From contig OZ244042.1 of assembly GCA_965215015.1 (NCBI GenBank), forward strand, positions 2,656,001-2,720,000: a stretch of 64,000 bases of DNA, given 5' to 3'. The notes beneath the pieces were generated by a model. The model made no database searches, had not been told where the DNA came from, and worked only from the letters and a program-made list of their open reading frames with translations. Numbering within the stretch: position 1 is the first letter of the stretch; the number at the start of each line of letters is the position of its first letter. Both the position numbers and the translations under genes were made by a program. Below are positions 8,699 to 17,793 of the stretch, one piece after another. The DNA comes from Candidatus Poribacteria bacterium (GTDB lineage Bacteria > Poribacteria > WGA-4E > PCPOR2b).

Positions 8699-10280
8699 GT
8701 ACGCCGCTCCGTTCTATCCGATTGGATATTTCCGCATAGTCGTTATATGTACCGAGGGCAACGTCATCGAAGCCGGACCGGAAACCTCCAAATTCTACAT
8801 CGCAGGGGATTTCTTTCACCACAGACCCCCTGGGGCGCTGCTTGGGTTCAAACAGCCACACGCCTACTTGGTCACGACTGAGCGCGAAGTTCGCGCCTGC
8901 GATGCCTCTCCTCTGTGTTTTCGGGAGTTCCGACAGGCGCACCAAGTTGGCAAGCTCATCCAGCACCCATTCGCTGTGGGTGGTGAGAATGACGCGGATG
9001 CCGGCGTGTACAACCGCCGCGAGTTGACGGAGGAATTCTACCTGCATCGCCGGGTGGAGGTGCGACTCCGGCTCTTCGATAATCAGCACATCACCGGGTT
9101 GAACGATGTGCCGTAGATACAGGACAACCGGTGCAAGTTCCGATACCATGGATGACGTATTCATCAGAGGTAAATCTTCTCCCCATCCTTGCGGTTGATA
9201 GGAAAACATCGGATAGCCGGACTCAGAGTTTTCGCTATGGATTTCCCCTTTGAGGATGTGCTGTTCAAGGTTTGCAGCGAGATTTCCGTTGTTGTGGTGC
9301 TGCCTGCTTGGCTCACCGAGTCCAACCAGTTGTTTAAGAAAGTCGGCGAGCACCCCCGAAAGTGCTGGCAACGGTGTGTCCCGCTGGAGTCCCGCACGCG
9401 GTGCCCGTTCAATCAAGGAAGCACTGACCACACGGTGCGCGTGCATCACACCGGTGCGGTCAGTGGGAAGATAGTGGGCGGTATCGTTCAGCGGACTGAC
9501 AACATCAGAAAGAATCCAACTCAAAAATGCTTCTATGAGATATTCCACACCTTGTCTTGCTCTGTCGTCATCTCCTGATACCAAGATATTTAGATCACCC
9601 AGGATATTCAGGGCACCCATATTCAGGGCACCCAGAAGGCTAGGGAGAATATACTGGAGAATATACTCTGTTCGCTCAGTATGTGGATTAATATACAACG
9701 GTGTTTCTTTGGAAATTGAGGTCACTAATTCTTCAGGCCTACCCCTTTTCAGTGCTAGTTCATACGCAAAAGGTTTGAAGCGTAAGGTAATCTTCGCCCC
9801 CGCCCTGTTGCCGTGGCGAATCAACCTTGTGGTGCTTTCAATACCGAAACTCCGTTCTATCTCCTCAGCGATGACTTCGCTGTAGTCACTCAAATGGCTA
9901 AATAAGGAATGAACCGTTGACATCATAAAATCGGGCAATTGAATAGGGGGAGCCTCCGACAGGTTTTCGGCTTCCATCTCTACCAATACGCTTTTTATCC
10001 AGTCAGCTAACCTTTTGGCATTATCACCATCGAAGAGCCGCTCCTCCTCGATGATTCTACGAAGAGTAGGGGGGATTTTCATAAACCCAAAAGGCATGTA
10101 AGTAAGGTAACGGTCAAAAAATCTGTGCAGCGCATATATCAGGATTGCCAGGTAGGACTTCCCTGTGTTGCTTGGACCTACAAACACGGTCAGCGGACGC
10201 AGGTCAACCTCTGCCTTGGCGATGGGACCGAAGTTGGAAACCGAGAGCTGCAGTGGGTCTGTTTGCGTTGGCGTAGTCAT
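8682..10280 (-). CDS. ABC-type ATPase of the AAA_15/AAA_21 class
   Basis: Walker A GPSNTGKS, signature SSMVSE, Walker B IIEEPESHLHP, H-loop TTHS. Confidence 0.9.
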   Translation of the reverse strand: MTTPTQTDPLQLSVSNFGPIAKAEVDLRPLTVFVGPSNTGKSYLAILIYALHRFFDRYLTYMPFGFMKIPPTLRRIIEEERLFDGDNAKRLADWIKSVLVEMEAENLSEAPPIQLPDFMMSTVHSLFSHLSDYSEVIAEEIERSFGIESTTRLIRHGNRAGAKITLRFKPFAYELALKRGRPEELVTSISKETPLYINPHTERTEYILQYILPSLLGALNMGALNILGDLNILVSGDDDRARQGVEYLIEAFLSWILSDVVSPLNDTAHYLPTDRTGVMHAHRVVSASLIERAPRAGLQRDTPLPALSGVLADFLKQLVGLGEPSRQHHNNGNLAANLEQHILKGEIHSENSESGYPMFSYQPQGWGEDLPLMNTSSMVSELAPVVLYLRHIVQPGDVLIIEEPESHLHPAMQVEFLRQLAAVVHAGIRVILTTHSEWVLDELANLVRLSELPKTQRRGIAGANFALSRDQVGVWLFEPKQRPRGSVVKEIPCDVEFGGFRSGFDDVALGTYNDYAEISNRIERSGVHGKSR

Positions 10281-10295
10281 ATAGATTCCTCGTTT

Positions 10296-13200
10296 CTAAT
10301 CGTTGGCTGTGTCCAGGTCCAGACCGAGTTGGGCACTGTTTTCGCGCACGGCGCGGACGGTACTTTCGGAAAAACCTTCCGGCTTGTTCGCCGTAATGGT
10401 AATTTCGATGGTGACGGAGCCCTTAGCTGCCCTCAGATTATGGATTATCTCGTCGCGCAATAGGTTGATGTCGTCGAGAGAGATGTCGTTTTGGATTGTT
10501 TTCGTTACGATGATGCGTTTCGGATCCGCCGGGGGGGGAGTAGGGTCAGGGGATGGTTCTACCGGCGAAGGGTCGGAGTCAAGGTCGGGCGTAGCACCGG
10601 GGGTAACGATGGGGGGGCATTCCTTTATTACGAGTTTCGCCATTTCAGGGTGGACCAACAATCCCGAACCAGGATCTGTGAGATTAGGCATCGGCTTCTT
10701 GAAGGATAGACCCTGGTACTCTATATCGTTGTAGCCCTCAGCGTACCCGAACCTGCCCTCCGCTACCCCTTGTGCGATGCACTTTAGTAGCACGCCTCTG
10801 TTTCTCAGGCGGTGCAGGTAGGCATTCCTCGTCATCAGTTCCCATAGATTATCTATGCCGATGTGGTCGCTGTAATTCTGGTTACTCCACACATATTGCT
10901 CTAACATGGTCACAAGGGCTGCGGGGGCAATTTCATTAACCAGCATCTCCTCCTGGATGAATGTCTGGTACGCGCTATCAACGATGTTACCTGTTTCCTC
11001 CGCATCTGTTGATAAGGGGAAGAGTTGGTAATCCGCTCGCTGTGGGGTTTCCTGTGATGGTGCCATTGCCCAGTGGTACGCCCTGACGAGGAAGGTGTCC
11101 GCCTCCGTTTCAGCACGCCGCAGACTGTTGACTGCTTGGCTGTGGCGATTACCTGTGAGATTTGCAATGCGGCGGGTGCCATTGAGGATAGAATCCCAAG
11201 CGAGATACGTTTTGACACTATTTTTCAGGGCGCGAATTTCGTCGTTCTTGGCTGTCAAAAAGAGGAGTGCGTTCCTGTGGATGCGGGGAGCGTCTCCGCG
11301 GTTTAGAATAATGTCCTCCGCCGCCGGTGTGGCTGTGTCATTGCCGCTAGAACGGGTCCGCAGGAATTTGCTGGGGGGCAGGATAACCAATTGCATGCCC
11401 TCTGAATCTTTCACCTCCGCGGAACTTTCCGGGCAGACAACAACAGTAACGTGTCGCCAATCCCTGACCGCCTCCTGTATTTGGGCGATAATGGACTCTT
11501 CCACTTCCCTATCGCTGAGTGTATCGGCGCGGTCGATGGCGACCTTGTTTAGGTTCTCCTCTGCGTGAAAATAGTACCTGTTATCGCTGCTGTAGAAGTA
11601 ATACAACGCGCCATCCATCTGTCCGAGTGCTTCTTTGTACACCGAAACCCCCTGTCCGGGCAATACAGCACCAAGGTGAATTTGGCGGGGATCAATGCCC
11701 CGCACAGCACCGGTGGGGGCACTACCGAGAAAGACAGTCCGGGCAATCCGTCGCGCCGCGCCCCCAATATTGGAGAATCTTTGGTTGGTTCTGTCAATGT
11801 TGTCGGTTCGAGAACCATCACTGTCTATCTCTGTCAGGACCGGGTGCCACTCGCCACCAAGTAGTGGGAGGAATTCGTTTACCAGTTCGGGATCATTGAG
11901 GGGCAGATTGCAGGGCATAATCAGCGGAGAAGGGTCCTCTCTAAGGTACAAGCGGTTGATACAGTTCGCCATCATCCGAAGTACTGCGCGTGTGCGCTGA
12001 AACCGTGGAATAGAGGACCAGTCTGAATAGAGCCGATCAAATATCTCCGGGTGGATGGGGTAACACGCCTTCATGCGTTCCAAATAACGAGGTTCGCTGA
12101 CCCCCTCAGGGTAATCTCTGCGCGAGCTGCGGTACATCCGCGAGAAGGCTTCACAGACTCGGTCCCGCGCTGCTTCATCCCTAACGCGTCCAAGGAGCCG
12201 TCGTCGGACAACTTCAAATGTTTCATGCACCTCTAGCGGTTCCCACACAGCCTCGATGCGCCCCAAGATGCTATCAAGCCTGCTGAGTGCTTCTGCCCCT
12301 CCCTCAGCCCCTGCTTCGACCGCGCTCTCCGGCAGGGTCACCACAAGGGCAGCGTTTCTACTCCTCCGCACCGATTGGGTAAGGTTCTGTATAAAGGTAT
12401 AGATGTTGTCTTTGGCATTGCCTGCGTTCCGTGCATATGCCACCAGCTCATCCATAAGGATAACGCATGGACCAACGTGTTCAAGGAGCTGGTCGAGCTG
12501 ACTCCCCCCCGGTGCGGTGCCCTCCCGCGCTGCCTCACCGACAATCTCGTAGGCTTCTTGTCCACCGAGTTGGTAAGCCATTAAGCCCCACAGCGTGTTT
12601 AAGGGGTCCCCGGTCTCTTTTATTACCGTCGAATCAGTTGCGGCGAGGAAGGTGCCATCGAGCACAGCGACGCGGGGTTGGATGCCGTTGGCTGGGTCCC
12701 ACGCCGCCTCCTGCATGAGGTCTTTTATCTCCTCACTGGTGCGTTGATGTTCTTCACTATTCGGTGGCGGGTTTACGAGGGCATCGCTACTCTTAACGAG
12801 GTGGTAGAGCGCGATGAGACTATGGGTCTTCCCGCCGCCGAACCCAGTTTTTGTCTGTATAACAGGGTCCCCACCGTTACCACCTAAGCGTCTGAAGGTA
12901 TTTACCAATAGTTTGCGGATGCCGGGGGTGATGTAGGTTTGGTTGAAGAAGCTGACCGGATTACCGTATCCTGTTGCGTCGGCACGTCCGTCGTGTACCT
13001 GCTGAAGGTCCGCTGCAAACTCTGCCGCTTCAAAGGTGCCGAGCGCGACATCGTTATTGGGGCGGATAACGTCACGCCACGGTGCCAGATTCTTTGATGA
13101 ACGAGGTTGTGGGCTATCTTGTCTGGCACCTGTTTCTGTCGGCCGCGTCTGGGCAGCTACATTTGACAATAGGGTAGTGGTCACCATTGTGTCCACCGTA

Positions 13201-13667
13201 TTGCTAGAGAGCGCGTCCCGAATAGCTTCTACCTTGTTCTTCTCAGCTGGCGCATTAATCCGTCCGAGCAGATCGGCGATGTCATACAGGCGCGCCTTAG
13301 TATATTCGGCGTCTATGTCTTGATTGCCCGGATGTGCGACCTGATTTCGAGCTTTATTTATTACCCATAACGTGTTCTGGACAGTCAGATCGTCCTTGAA
13401 ATGCTGTGCGAAGGCAGCACGCCAATTTTCACGGAACACTTGCGGGAAATGGTTGAGGTCAATTGCGGATTCAACACCATCGTTTTGATCCAGTCTCCGG
13501 TAAAATTCATCTATCTGTCGATCTCCCAACCCACGCTCAATTAGCTCCTGAACGCTTGCCCCTGGAACTCGCCTCAATTGCCGGATGATGAACGGTCGCA
13601 TGGCATCGCGGTAGATGTCAATTGCTTCTCCCAACGCGTCTCTGTTCGGTCGGTATGTTGTTTGCAT
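10296..13667 (-). CDS. DUF499 ATPase with N-terminal Swt1-like HEPN domain (likely start 13667; ORF open to 13694)
   Basis: PWRDVIRP..EFAADL, Walker A GFGGGKTH, Walker B LMDE, YPIHPE, FQRTR; N-terminal RNQVAH (RxxxxH). Confidence 0.9.
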   Translation of the reverse strand: MQTTYRPNRDALGEAIDIYRDAMRPFIIRQLRRVPGASVQELIERGLGDRQIDEFYRRLDQNDGVESAIDLNHFPQVFRENWRAAFAQHFKDDLTVQNTLWVINKARNQVAHPGNQDIDAEYTKARLYDIADLLGRINAPAEKNKVEAIRDALSSNTVDTMVTTTLLSNVAAQTRPTETGARQDSPQPRSSKNLAPWRDVIRPNNDVALGTFEAAEFAADLQQVHDGRADATGYGNPVSFFNQTYITPGIRKLLVNTFRRLGGNGGDPVIQTKTGFGGGKTHSLIALYHLVKSSDALVNPPPNSEEHQRTSEEIKDLMQEAAWDPANGIQPRVAVLDGTFLAATDSTVIKETGDPLNTLWGLMAYQLGGQEAYEIVGEAAREGTAPGGSQLDQLLEHVGPCVILMDELVAYARNAGNAKDNIYTFIQNLTQSVRRSRNAALVVTLPESAVEAGAEGGAEALSRLDSILGRIEAVWEPLEVHETFEVVRRRLLGRVRDEAARDRVCEAFSRMYRSSRRDYPEGVSEPRYLERMKACYPIHPEIFDRLYSDWSSIPRFQRTRAVLRMMANCINRLYLREDPSPLIMPCNLPLNDPELVNEFLPLLGGEWHPVLTEIDSDGSRTDNIDRTNQRFSNIGGAARRIARTVFLGSAPTGAVRGIDPRQIHLGAVLPGQGVSVYKEALGQMDGALYYFYSSDNRYYFHAEENLNKVAIDRADTLSDREVEESIIAQIQEAVRDWRHVTVVVCPESSAEVKDSEGMQLVILPPSKFLRTRSSGNDTATPAAEDIILNRGDAPRIHRNALLFLTAKNDEIRALKNSVKTYLAWDSILNGTRRIANLTGNRHSQAVNSLRRAETEADTFLVRAYHWAMAPSQETPQRADYQLFPLSTDAEETGNIVDSAYQTFIQEEMLVNEIAPAALVTMLEQYVWSNQNYSDHIGIDNLWELMTRNAYLHRLRNRGVLLKCIAQGVAEGRFGYAEGYNDIEYQGLSFKKPMPNLTDPGSGLLVHPEMAKLVIKECPPIVTPGATPDLDSDPSPVEPSPDPTPPPADPKRIIVTKTIQNDISLDDINLLRDEIIHNLRAAKGSVTIEITITANKPEGFSESTVRAVRENSAQLGLDLDTAND

Positions 13668-13795
13668 ATCCCTGAACCTCCTATTATATAGCATTTCAGT
13701 ATCAATTGGGTATCGTATTTGTTGATGAATCGTCCATTATTATATGCTATAATCAGTATAGTTTCAATACTAATTTGGTATAGTACCGAGGATTA

Positions 13796-13881
13796 CCCCC
13801 CTCAGTCCCCCCGCAAGCAGGGGGAGGCTGACAACCCTTAGGCCCTCCGCAAGCGGGGGGAGGCTACCCCCCTCAGTCCCC
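13796..13881. repeat. Cluster of GC-rich REP-like hairpins (CCCCCGCAAGCAGGGGG)
   Basis: Reverse complement of the 5261-5351 family. Confidence 0.8.
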
Positions 13882-14047
13882 TCGGTCGTACAGCTTGCCA
13901 GTTCATTAGTAATCTGGTAGATAACTTCGCCAGGCCGCTTGTTGAAAGCGACGATACCGCGCAATATGCCGTAGCGGTTGTGGGGTTTACGGCAGGTGGA
14001 GCGTGCCGACTACTTTATGAGCCTCCCTCACATAACTAGGAGAAAAT

Positions 14048-15154
14048 ATGAAGATTACAAATATTGAATTGATTCCAATCTACTCAACCCGCGAAATGGG
14101 GCGAACCTGTCCTTCTGATTCAGAGAAGGCAATCTCCCATCACGTCATCGTCCGGCTGCAAACCGATGCCGACATCACGGGCTTAGGTGAGATGTCGGAT
14201 GTCAACTTTGATCTTACCCCGGCGGCGGTTAACGGGTTAGCTGCTCGGCTAGAACCGTTGCTTGTCGGACGCAGCCCGTTTGACCTGACAGCGATTCAAG
14301 CGAATCTAGAACAACAGGAATGGGAGCATCAGGTCCTCGCAGGGATTGACATCGCGCTACACGATGCCATCGGTAGGATACTGGATGTGCCCCTCTACCA
14401 ACTGTTTGGTGGCAAATACCGCGAACAGATTCCTTTCGCCTATCCCCTTGCTCCATGCCAGATTGAAGCGGATATAGCAGCGAATTTGCAGCGCATCGAA
14501 AAATTGCAAGACCGAGGCCATCCGACAATCCGCTACTATTTTGGTGCCGCCCCGACGCTGGACGAACGTTTCCTCTCTGAGCTACGGAAGCGTTGGGGAA
14601 ACGGCGTCGAGATTAATGCCCTAGACGCCAGCGGACGCTTTGAGGTGGAAACAGCGATTGATATTATTCGTCGTTTCGCCGCCTTCAAGCCGAATCTTGT
14701 TGAATCCCCTGTCAAAGGGCGTCAGGCTGCCTCTGTCGAGGACTTTATCGCGGTGAAACAAGCGGTAGATGTGCCGATCAGCGAGCATGCATCAGAAGCC
14801 CCTGTAGCTGTTCGGCTAGCGCGGCACGAAGCGGTAGATATTTTCAATCTCGGCGTGGGTTATTCGGGGATGACTGCCTGTCAAAAAACATTTGGGTTGG
14901 CTGAATTCTTCGGCATCAAAACATTATTGGGCAGCACTGTAGAACTCTCCATCGGCACCGCAGCGCGGGCGCATCTCGCTGCGGCGATGCCCAACCTAGA
15001 TTTCCCGTGCTATCCCGCGGGTCCATTGGTTTATTACGAACAGGTCGTCAAGAAACAGGTGCGCTACGAAGAAGGACATATCATCGTTCCAGAAGGCCCT
15101 GGATTAGGGGTGGAACTAGATGAGGAACGGCTTGCTGCACAACGATTGTGGTAA
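14048..15154 (+). CDS. Enolase superfamily (MR/MLE-like) protein with atypical active site
   Basis: MKIT..., GIDIALHDA.G...VPLYQL.GG, PEGPGLGVELDEE. Confidence 0.88.
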   Translation: MKITNIELIPIYSTREMGRTCPSDSEKAISHHVIVRLQTDADITGLGEMSDVNFDLTPAAVNGLAARLEPLLVGRSPFDLTAIQANLEQQEWEHQVLAGIDIALHDAIGRILDVPLYQLFGGKYREQIPFAYPLAPCQIEADIAANLQRIEKLQDRGHPTIRYYFGAAPTLDERFLSELRKRWGNGVEINALDASGRFEVETAIDIIRRFAAFKPNLVESPVKGRQAASVEDFIAVKQAVDVPISEHASEAPVAVRLARHEAVDIFNLGVGYSGMTACQKTFGLAEFFGIKTLLGSTVELSIGTAARAHLAAAMPNLDFPCYPAGPLVYYEQVVKKQVRYEEGHIIVPEGPGLGVELDEERLAAQRLW

Positions 15155-15299
15155 ATTTCGGCAGGTTGAATTTTCTTGCTCAACACCTACTAGAAATAAC
15201 CAAATTTGCATAAAACCCGGGTTGCTGAACGACGGTCAGGGAAGCTGATACCGTGTGAATATTCAGGATTCGAGGGGGACAGCATACGGCAGATGCCTA

Positions 15300-16268
15300 C
15301 TACTTATTATATAACTCCGGGGGCGCGATAACAGTCAGACCGCGTTCAATTATTTCAACGGTCACGGGGGTGTAGCAGATCCGCTCTCCGTCTGCGTAAA
15401 GGAGTATGGGCGGATCGGTTTCGATGGTCAGCGATTTGGTGCGGTGCATCTGGACCGCGCGATGTCCGGCATGTCCTCCCCAGAAAAGGGTGAAAAGCAA
15501 GCGCAACACGGTTCGACGGGGAACAGGTTCAATAATACATACATCAAACAACCCGTCATCTATAATTGCCTCCGGCACGATTTTCATCCCACCGCCATAA
15601 CTAGCCGTGATGCCGGTGGCAGTCAGAAGAATCTCACCTTCGTAGGAGCCGAAGTCCCCTTCAAGGCGAGCCGCAGGCGGTCGATAACGAAAAAGCGTCG
15701 TGATTGCTGTATAGACATAAGAAGCGGTCCCGGAAAAAGGCGCGCCCTCCTCTGTAACGCGACGACTCACCTCAGCATCATACCCACACGTTGCAATTGT
15801 ATCGAAATAGTGCTCTCCGATTTTGCCGAGGTCAACCTGTCGTGTAGCCCCTTCCAATAGCACTTCGATGGCATCCAGAGGCTTTGTGGGAATCTTCAAG
15901 GCCTCCGCGAAATCGTTTCCCTTCCCACACGGCAGAATGCCAAGGACTACGTCCGGCTTCTCTGCAATCGCGTTGACGACCTCATGAATTGTACCATCGC
16001 CGCCGCACGCGATAATCCAGTGTAAACCATTTTCAATAGCTTCCGTTGTGATTCGATTCGCGTCCCCGGCCTGAGTAGTTAACTCCAACCGCCCCGTGTA
16101 ACCTTCATCGGTGAGACGCTGAAACGCTTGCTCAGCGACCGCAGCCGCCTTGCCTTTTCCCGAAATTGGGTTGGTGATTAGCGTAAAGTCTCGGTATGGA
16201 TGTTGGGTTCTAGCTGACATCGCAATCTTCCAAAAATTTGCAACAGTCAACAAATCGATTGCAAGCAT
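15300..16268 (-). CDS. Diacylglycerol/lipid kinase family (YegS/BmrU-like); start may be 16220
   Basis: NPISG, GGDGT, GKGNDFA, YGGG, ADGE motifs. Confidence 0.9.
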   Translation of the reverse strand: MLAIDLLTVANFWKIAMSARTQHPYRDFTLITNPISGKGKAAAVAEQAFQRLTDEGYTGRLELTTQAGDANRITTEAIENGLHWIIACGGDGTIHEVVNAIAEKPDVVLGILPCGKGNDFAEALKIPTKPLDAIEVLLEGATRQVDLGKIGEHYFDTIATCGYDAEVSRRVTEEGAPFSGTASYVYTAITTLFRYRPPAARLEGDFGSYEGEILLTATGITASYGGGMKIVPEAIIDDGLFDVCIIEPVPRRTVLRLLFTLFWGGHAGHRAVQMHRTKSLTIETDPPILLYADGERICYTPVTVEIIERGLTVIAPPELYNK

Positions 16269-16277
16269 TTATTGCTT

Positions 16278-17291
16278 CTACTCTTTAAGCAGATCGGCCA
16301 CCTTGACAGCCGCACCGGTACTTGCAGCGTCACATGTTGCCTGACAGAGGGCGAGCGTTTGAAGGTTGTTCCTGCCTGAGATACCCGGTTCAACTCCGTC
16401 GCGGATGTACTCCCTTAACGCATCGAGCACCAACTGTTCGCTGCGCGGTAAAGACAGCGGCTCAATCATTTCAGGTTCACCGCCGCCCGTCGGTTGAAAT
16501 TCGATTCCTTCTACGTCGTACGCTCTGAGTGTGCCCCCATCCATCTGCATACGCAGGTGATATGAACTGTTTTGGGCGCAGTGCGTTAAGCCATAATTGC
16601 ACACCATCCCGTTTTCGTATTCCAGTATCGCATAAACCCCTGAGTCGTAAGGATATCGACTCCAAGGTGTGTTGAATGTTTGTGCAGTTACCGTTTTAAC
16701 GGGCCCAAACCAGAAGTTGAGGTTATCAAAGTGGTGGCAACTCATGTCCCAAATCATCGCGTTGAGATAGTTAAGTGTGCGTGGATTCGGACGATGGCGA
16801 TGATGAATCAGATCGACAATCGCGGGCGCGCCGCAAATTCCCTCATCAAGAATCCCCTTTATCGTCTGTTGCAGCGGTTGATAGCGATAATTTTGCGCCA
16901 CACAGAATCTGACGCCGCTCTCCTCCCCCTCCTTGACCAGTTGTTTCGCTAAAAGCAAGTCGGTTGTCATTCCCTTTTCGACAAGGACATGCAAACCGGC
17001 TTCAAACCCCATCCGTGCGAAAGGGGCATGTGTCTCTGTTGGGGTGCAGATTAACGCAGCATCGGCATTGACCACTTTGGCTGCTTCTTCAAGGCTGGAA
17101 AAACAAGCGGATTTCTCCAGTCCTGTTTTCTCGCGTGCGCTTTGGAGAACGGTCTCATCGACATCTACCAAAGCGACAGTCTCCCAATTTGGATCTGCTA
17201 CCACAACATCAATGGGCCAAGTGCCTCTACCGCCTGTGCCGACGTGAATAGACCTTAACGGTTCATCTCTCATACAAATCTCCTGTGACAT
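16278..17291 (-). CDS. Gfo/Idh/MocA oxidoreductase
   Basis: GTGGRG, CTP..H, HVLVEK, QNYRY, DMSCHHFD. Confidence 0.88.
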   Translation of the reverse strand: MSQEICMRDEPLRSIHVGTGGRGTWPIDVVVADPNWETVALVDVDETVLQSAREKTGLEKSACFSSLEEAAKVVNADAALICTPTETHAPFARMGFEAGLHVLVEKGMTTDLLLAKQLVKEGEESGVRFCVAQNYRYQPLQQTIKGILDEGICGAPAIVDLIHHRHRPNPRTLNYLNAMIWDMSCHHFDNLNFWFGPVKTVTAQTFNTPWSRYPYDSGVYAILEYENGMVCNYGLTHCAQNSSYHLRMQMDGGTLRAYDVEGIEFQPTGGGEPEMIEPLSLPRSEQLVLDALREYIRDGVEPGISGRNNLQTLALCQATCDAASTGAAVKVADLLKE

Positions 17292-17403
17292 ACTCCCAAG
17301 TATAAATGCTTGAGTGTGTCAGAAATTGTTTTCAAAATCCGACGAGTTACAAATTTATTTTAGCAGATTTGCAGGCAGGTGGCAAGCGAAACCGAGATTA
17401 CCG

Positions 17404-17604
17404 TAGGAATTGCATCTGTTATAGAAATTAGGTAGTTGAGAAATCAGAAACTGGGATTAGCCGCTGTCGTGGCGCAGTGCTAGCCCACGACGCAATCGGG
17501 GTTTCCTAACTCGCGGGCGATCACAGGTTAGGAAACCTGTGGCTACGAGTACATTTCCATTGTCCTATACCAAATCCTACACAATATTTACATGCGATTG
17601 CCCT
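17404..17604. repeat. MITE-like element with imperfect terminal repeats and internal GGTTTCCTAAC/GTTAGGAAACC palindrome
   Basis: Ends TAGGAATTGCATCT.. / ..ACATGCGATTGCCCT are imperfectly complementary. Confidence 0.4.
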
Positions 17605-17793
17605 GAGCTCCCTGTACATTTCACTTGATTTAGGATTATCTCCATGATAAGATGGCCGAAACTTCCAGCAATTTTCAATCTTTCCCAAGACGCGCTGGCT
17701 TCAAAATTCGGAGTCTGACGCGAGGGCGATGAACTGAATCAACCGTATAGAGACACCCTTGGCGCACAAACACTACAAGGAGATTGGTCTTAG

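Noticed and set aside
13770-13964. Small ORFs with LPLLAGG repeats (also 5247-5663)
   Set aside because: Translations of REP hairpins
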